NCBI RefSeq assembly: GCF_036365525.1
Contig: NC_090375.1
Location: forward strand, 199,197,864 to 199,261,863
DNA: 64,000 bases
Direction: 5' to 3'
Source of the DNA: Heterodontus francisci
Taxonomy: Eukaryota
The notes under the pieces are model-generated. The model was not told where the DNA came from. It was given only the letters and a program-made list of their open reading frames with translations, and searched no databases. Below, piece by piece: positions 62,750 through 64,000 of this stretch. A program made the position numbers and the translations under genes. How positions within the stretch are numbered: the first letter of the stretch is position 1; each line of letters opens with the position of its first letter.

Positions 62750-64000
62750 AAGTGTGGGTATGGTTGGTGATATCGGGCGAGACAACAAGACATTTTGTTG
62801 GAAGCGATTTCCAGTTCAAGGGGTAGGCACCCATATGTGCCAGGATAAAGATCAGGAACTACGCTGCTCAAGTAGCAGGATGAGCAGCGTGCCGGGCATT
62901 TGGGTAAGATTGCCCAGGAAGTCTCAGCCGTTAATCACAGTTGAAGTGTCTCTAACAGAGCCCAGGCACAAAAAATGGTTTAGCATTGATACCTATTGGG
63001 AAAATGTTAGGCCATGAGGTGGCACCGATGATATTGAATTTGACAGAAATAGGGTTGCCCAGGTGATCTGGGAGAAAGAAGCAGAATTTGAATGACAAGT
63101 TATTGGATAATGAGTTGGTACCCAGAGTAAGGACCAGTGGTGACGGATCTCGTCTCTGGAGACAGGTATATTTCCCATTCATACCAAAAGGGGGCCAGCT
63201 GAAGGAGGAGGAGTCAATGTCACAGCCACCGTCTTTAATACTGGGAAGTCGCTGGTGTATAGTTTGGATCTGGCATCTCTGGAAGCAGAGATAAAGGATT
63301 TCAAGGGAAGGCTGAAGGATATTCTTATGAATGAGAATACCAAGCAGGACTCACAGCTGAGGAAAGATCATAGTATGGCAGTTTATTTAAACAATGTATC
63401 AGAGCTATTGGAAGACCAAACTAAAGCTATAAATAAACTCATCCAGGTGGATGGGAACACTTTTGATGAGGCTGCCTGTAATGGTGTGTGAATTATGTAT
63501 GCTTACCGGTTGGTGGAACAGGCCAGGGAAAATCTGAGGCAAATTCACATGGGGAAGTGCCCCCTTGGGTCACTCAGGATTATCTGGACACGTTGATGAA
63601 GGATAGAACAACATCCCTGTGTGCCACCTCAGAGGATTGGTGCGGTATACCCAATACACACAGATTGTAAAAGGGGAGATCTCAAAATAATGGGTTTGGT
63701 GATGTACCTTCTGGTAATGCCACACAGTGAAGCACCGCTCCCAGTCTATAGAATTGAGAAAAATGGAGTCATCGAGGGGGATATTCATATTGACGGGAGC
63801 TAGGTTAGAAGGGTGCACTGACAGAAGAGGCAACGTGGTTTGCACATATCAGTTGGAAAAGCATGCCCAGTCAACATGTGGATTTAACCTTACTGAGCTA
63901 AACTGTATCATGGAGGCTGCAAGGACGGATCTGAAGCCTACGCAGGCAGCCTCTGTCAGGGAAGGGAATACTGTGTGACAACTAAGGGAAAGTGGAACAA
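62750..64000 (+). mobile_element. Decayed viral envelope/class I fusion glycoprotein-like remnant (endogenous retroelement, possibly lokiretrovirus-type), running off the window
   Basis: Consecutive + strand fragments: ATVFNTGKSLVYSLDLASLEAEIKDFKGRLKDIL..ELLEDQTKAINKLI (heptad-like), GEVPPWV, PLPVYRIEKNGVI, LEGCTDRRGNVVC..CGFNLTELNC. Assigned by pattern recognition only. Confidence 0.45.

Noticed and set aside
45020-64000. J or C segments downstream of the last V
   Set aside because: No nonamer-12-heptamer followed by FGxG and no C1-set exon found by eye; the region is TE and satellite.

Overview
Vertebrate genomic DNA, most likely from a shark or other cartilaginous fish (inferred from V-SINE/HE1-type and Deu-type SINEs plus abundant CR1 and Penelope-like elements). 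It is the V-segment part of a rearranging antigen-receptor locus, best read as T-cell receptor gamma (TRGV). Five complete + strand V exons (5699, 15874, 19211, 33341, 44680) each show a short hydrophobic leader exon, a phase-1 GT-AG intron, an Ig V domain (C...IHWY/LHWY...YYCAYW) and a heptamer/23-bp spacer/nonamer RSS. Also present are a V pseudogene cut by a Gmr1-like Gypsy LTR element (23423-24116) and the RSS tail of a further V lying just left of the window (1-22). I found no D, J or C segment. The array grew by segmental duplication: about 1-8000 is paralogous to about 33666-47010, with one sub-block present three times. The rest is nested transposon debris, a 35-bp minisatellite and a decayed fusion-glycoprotein-like (env) remnant at the right end. 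The most notable signal is the paralogous V pair at 5699 and 44680. They are identical across CDR1 and CDR2 but differ at 21 residues, 20 of them in FR1 and FR3 (ABED face/HV4), with only one purely silent codon change. Other signals: a promoter motif 65-66 bp upstream of the ATG shared by different V families, an otherwise intact V whose leader lacks an ATG, and dispersed Penelope hammerhead-ribozyme relics. All alignments and counts were done by eye.
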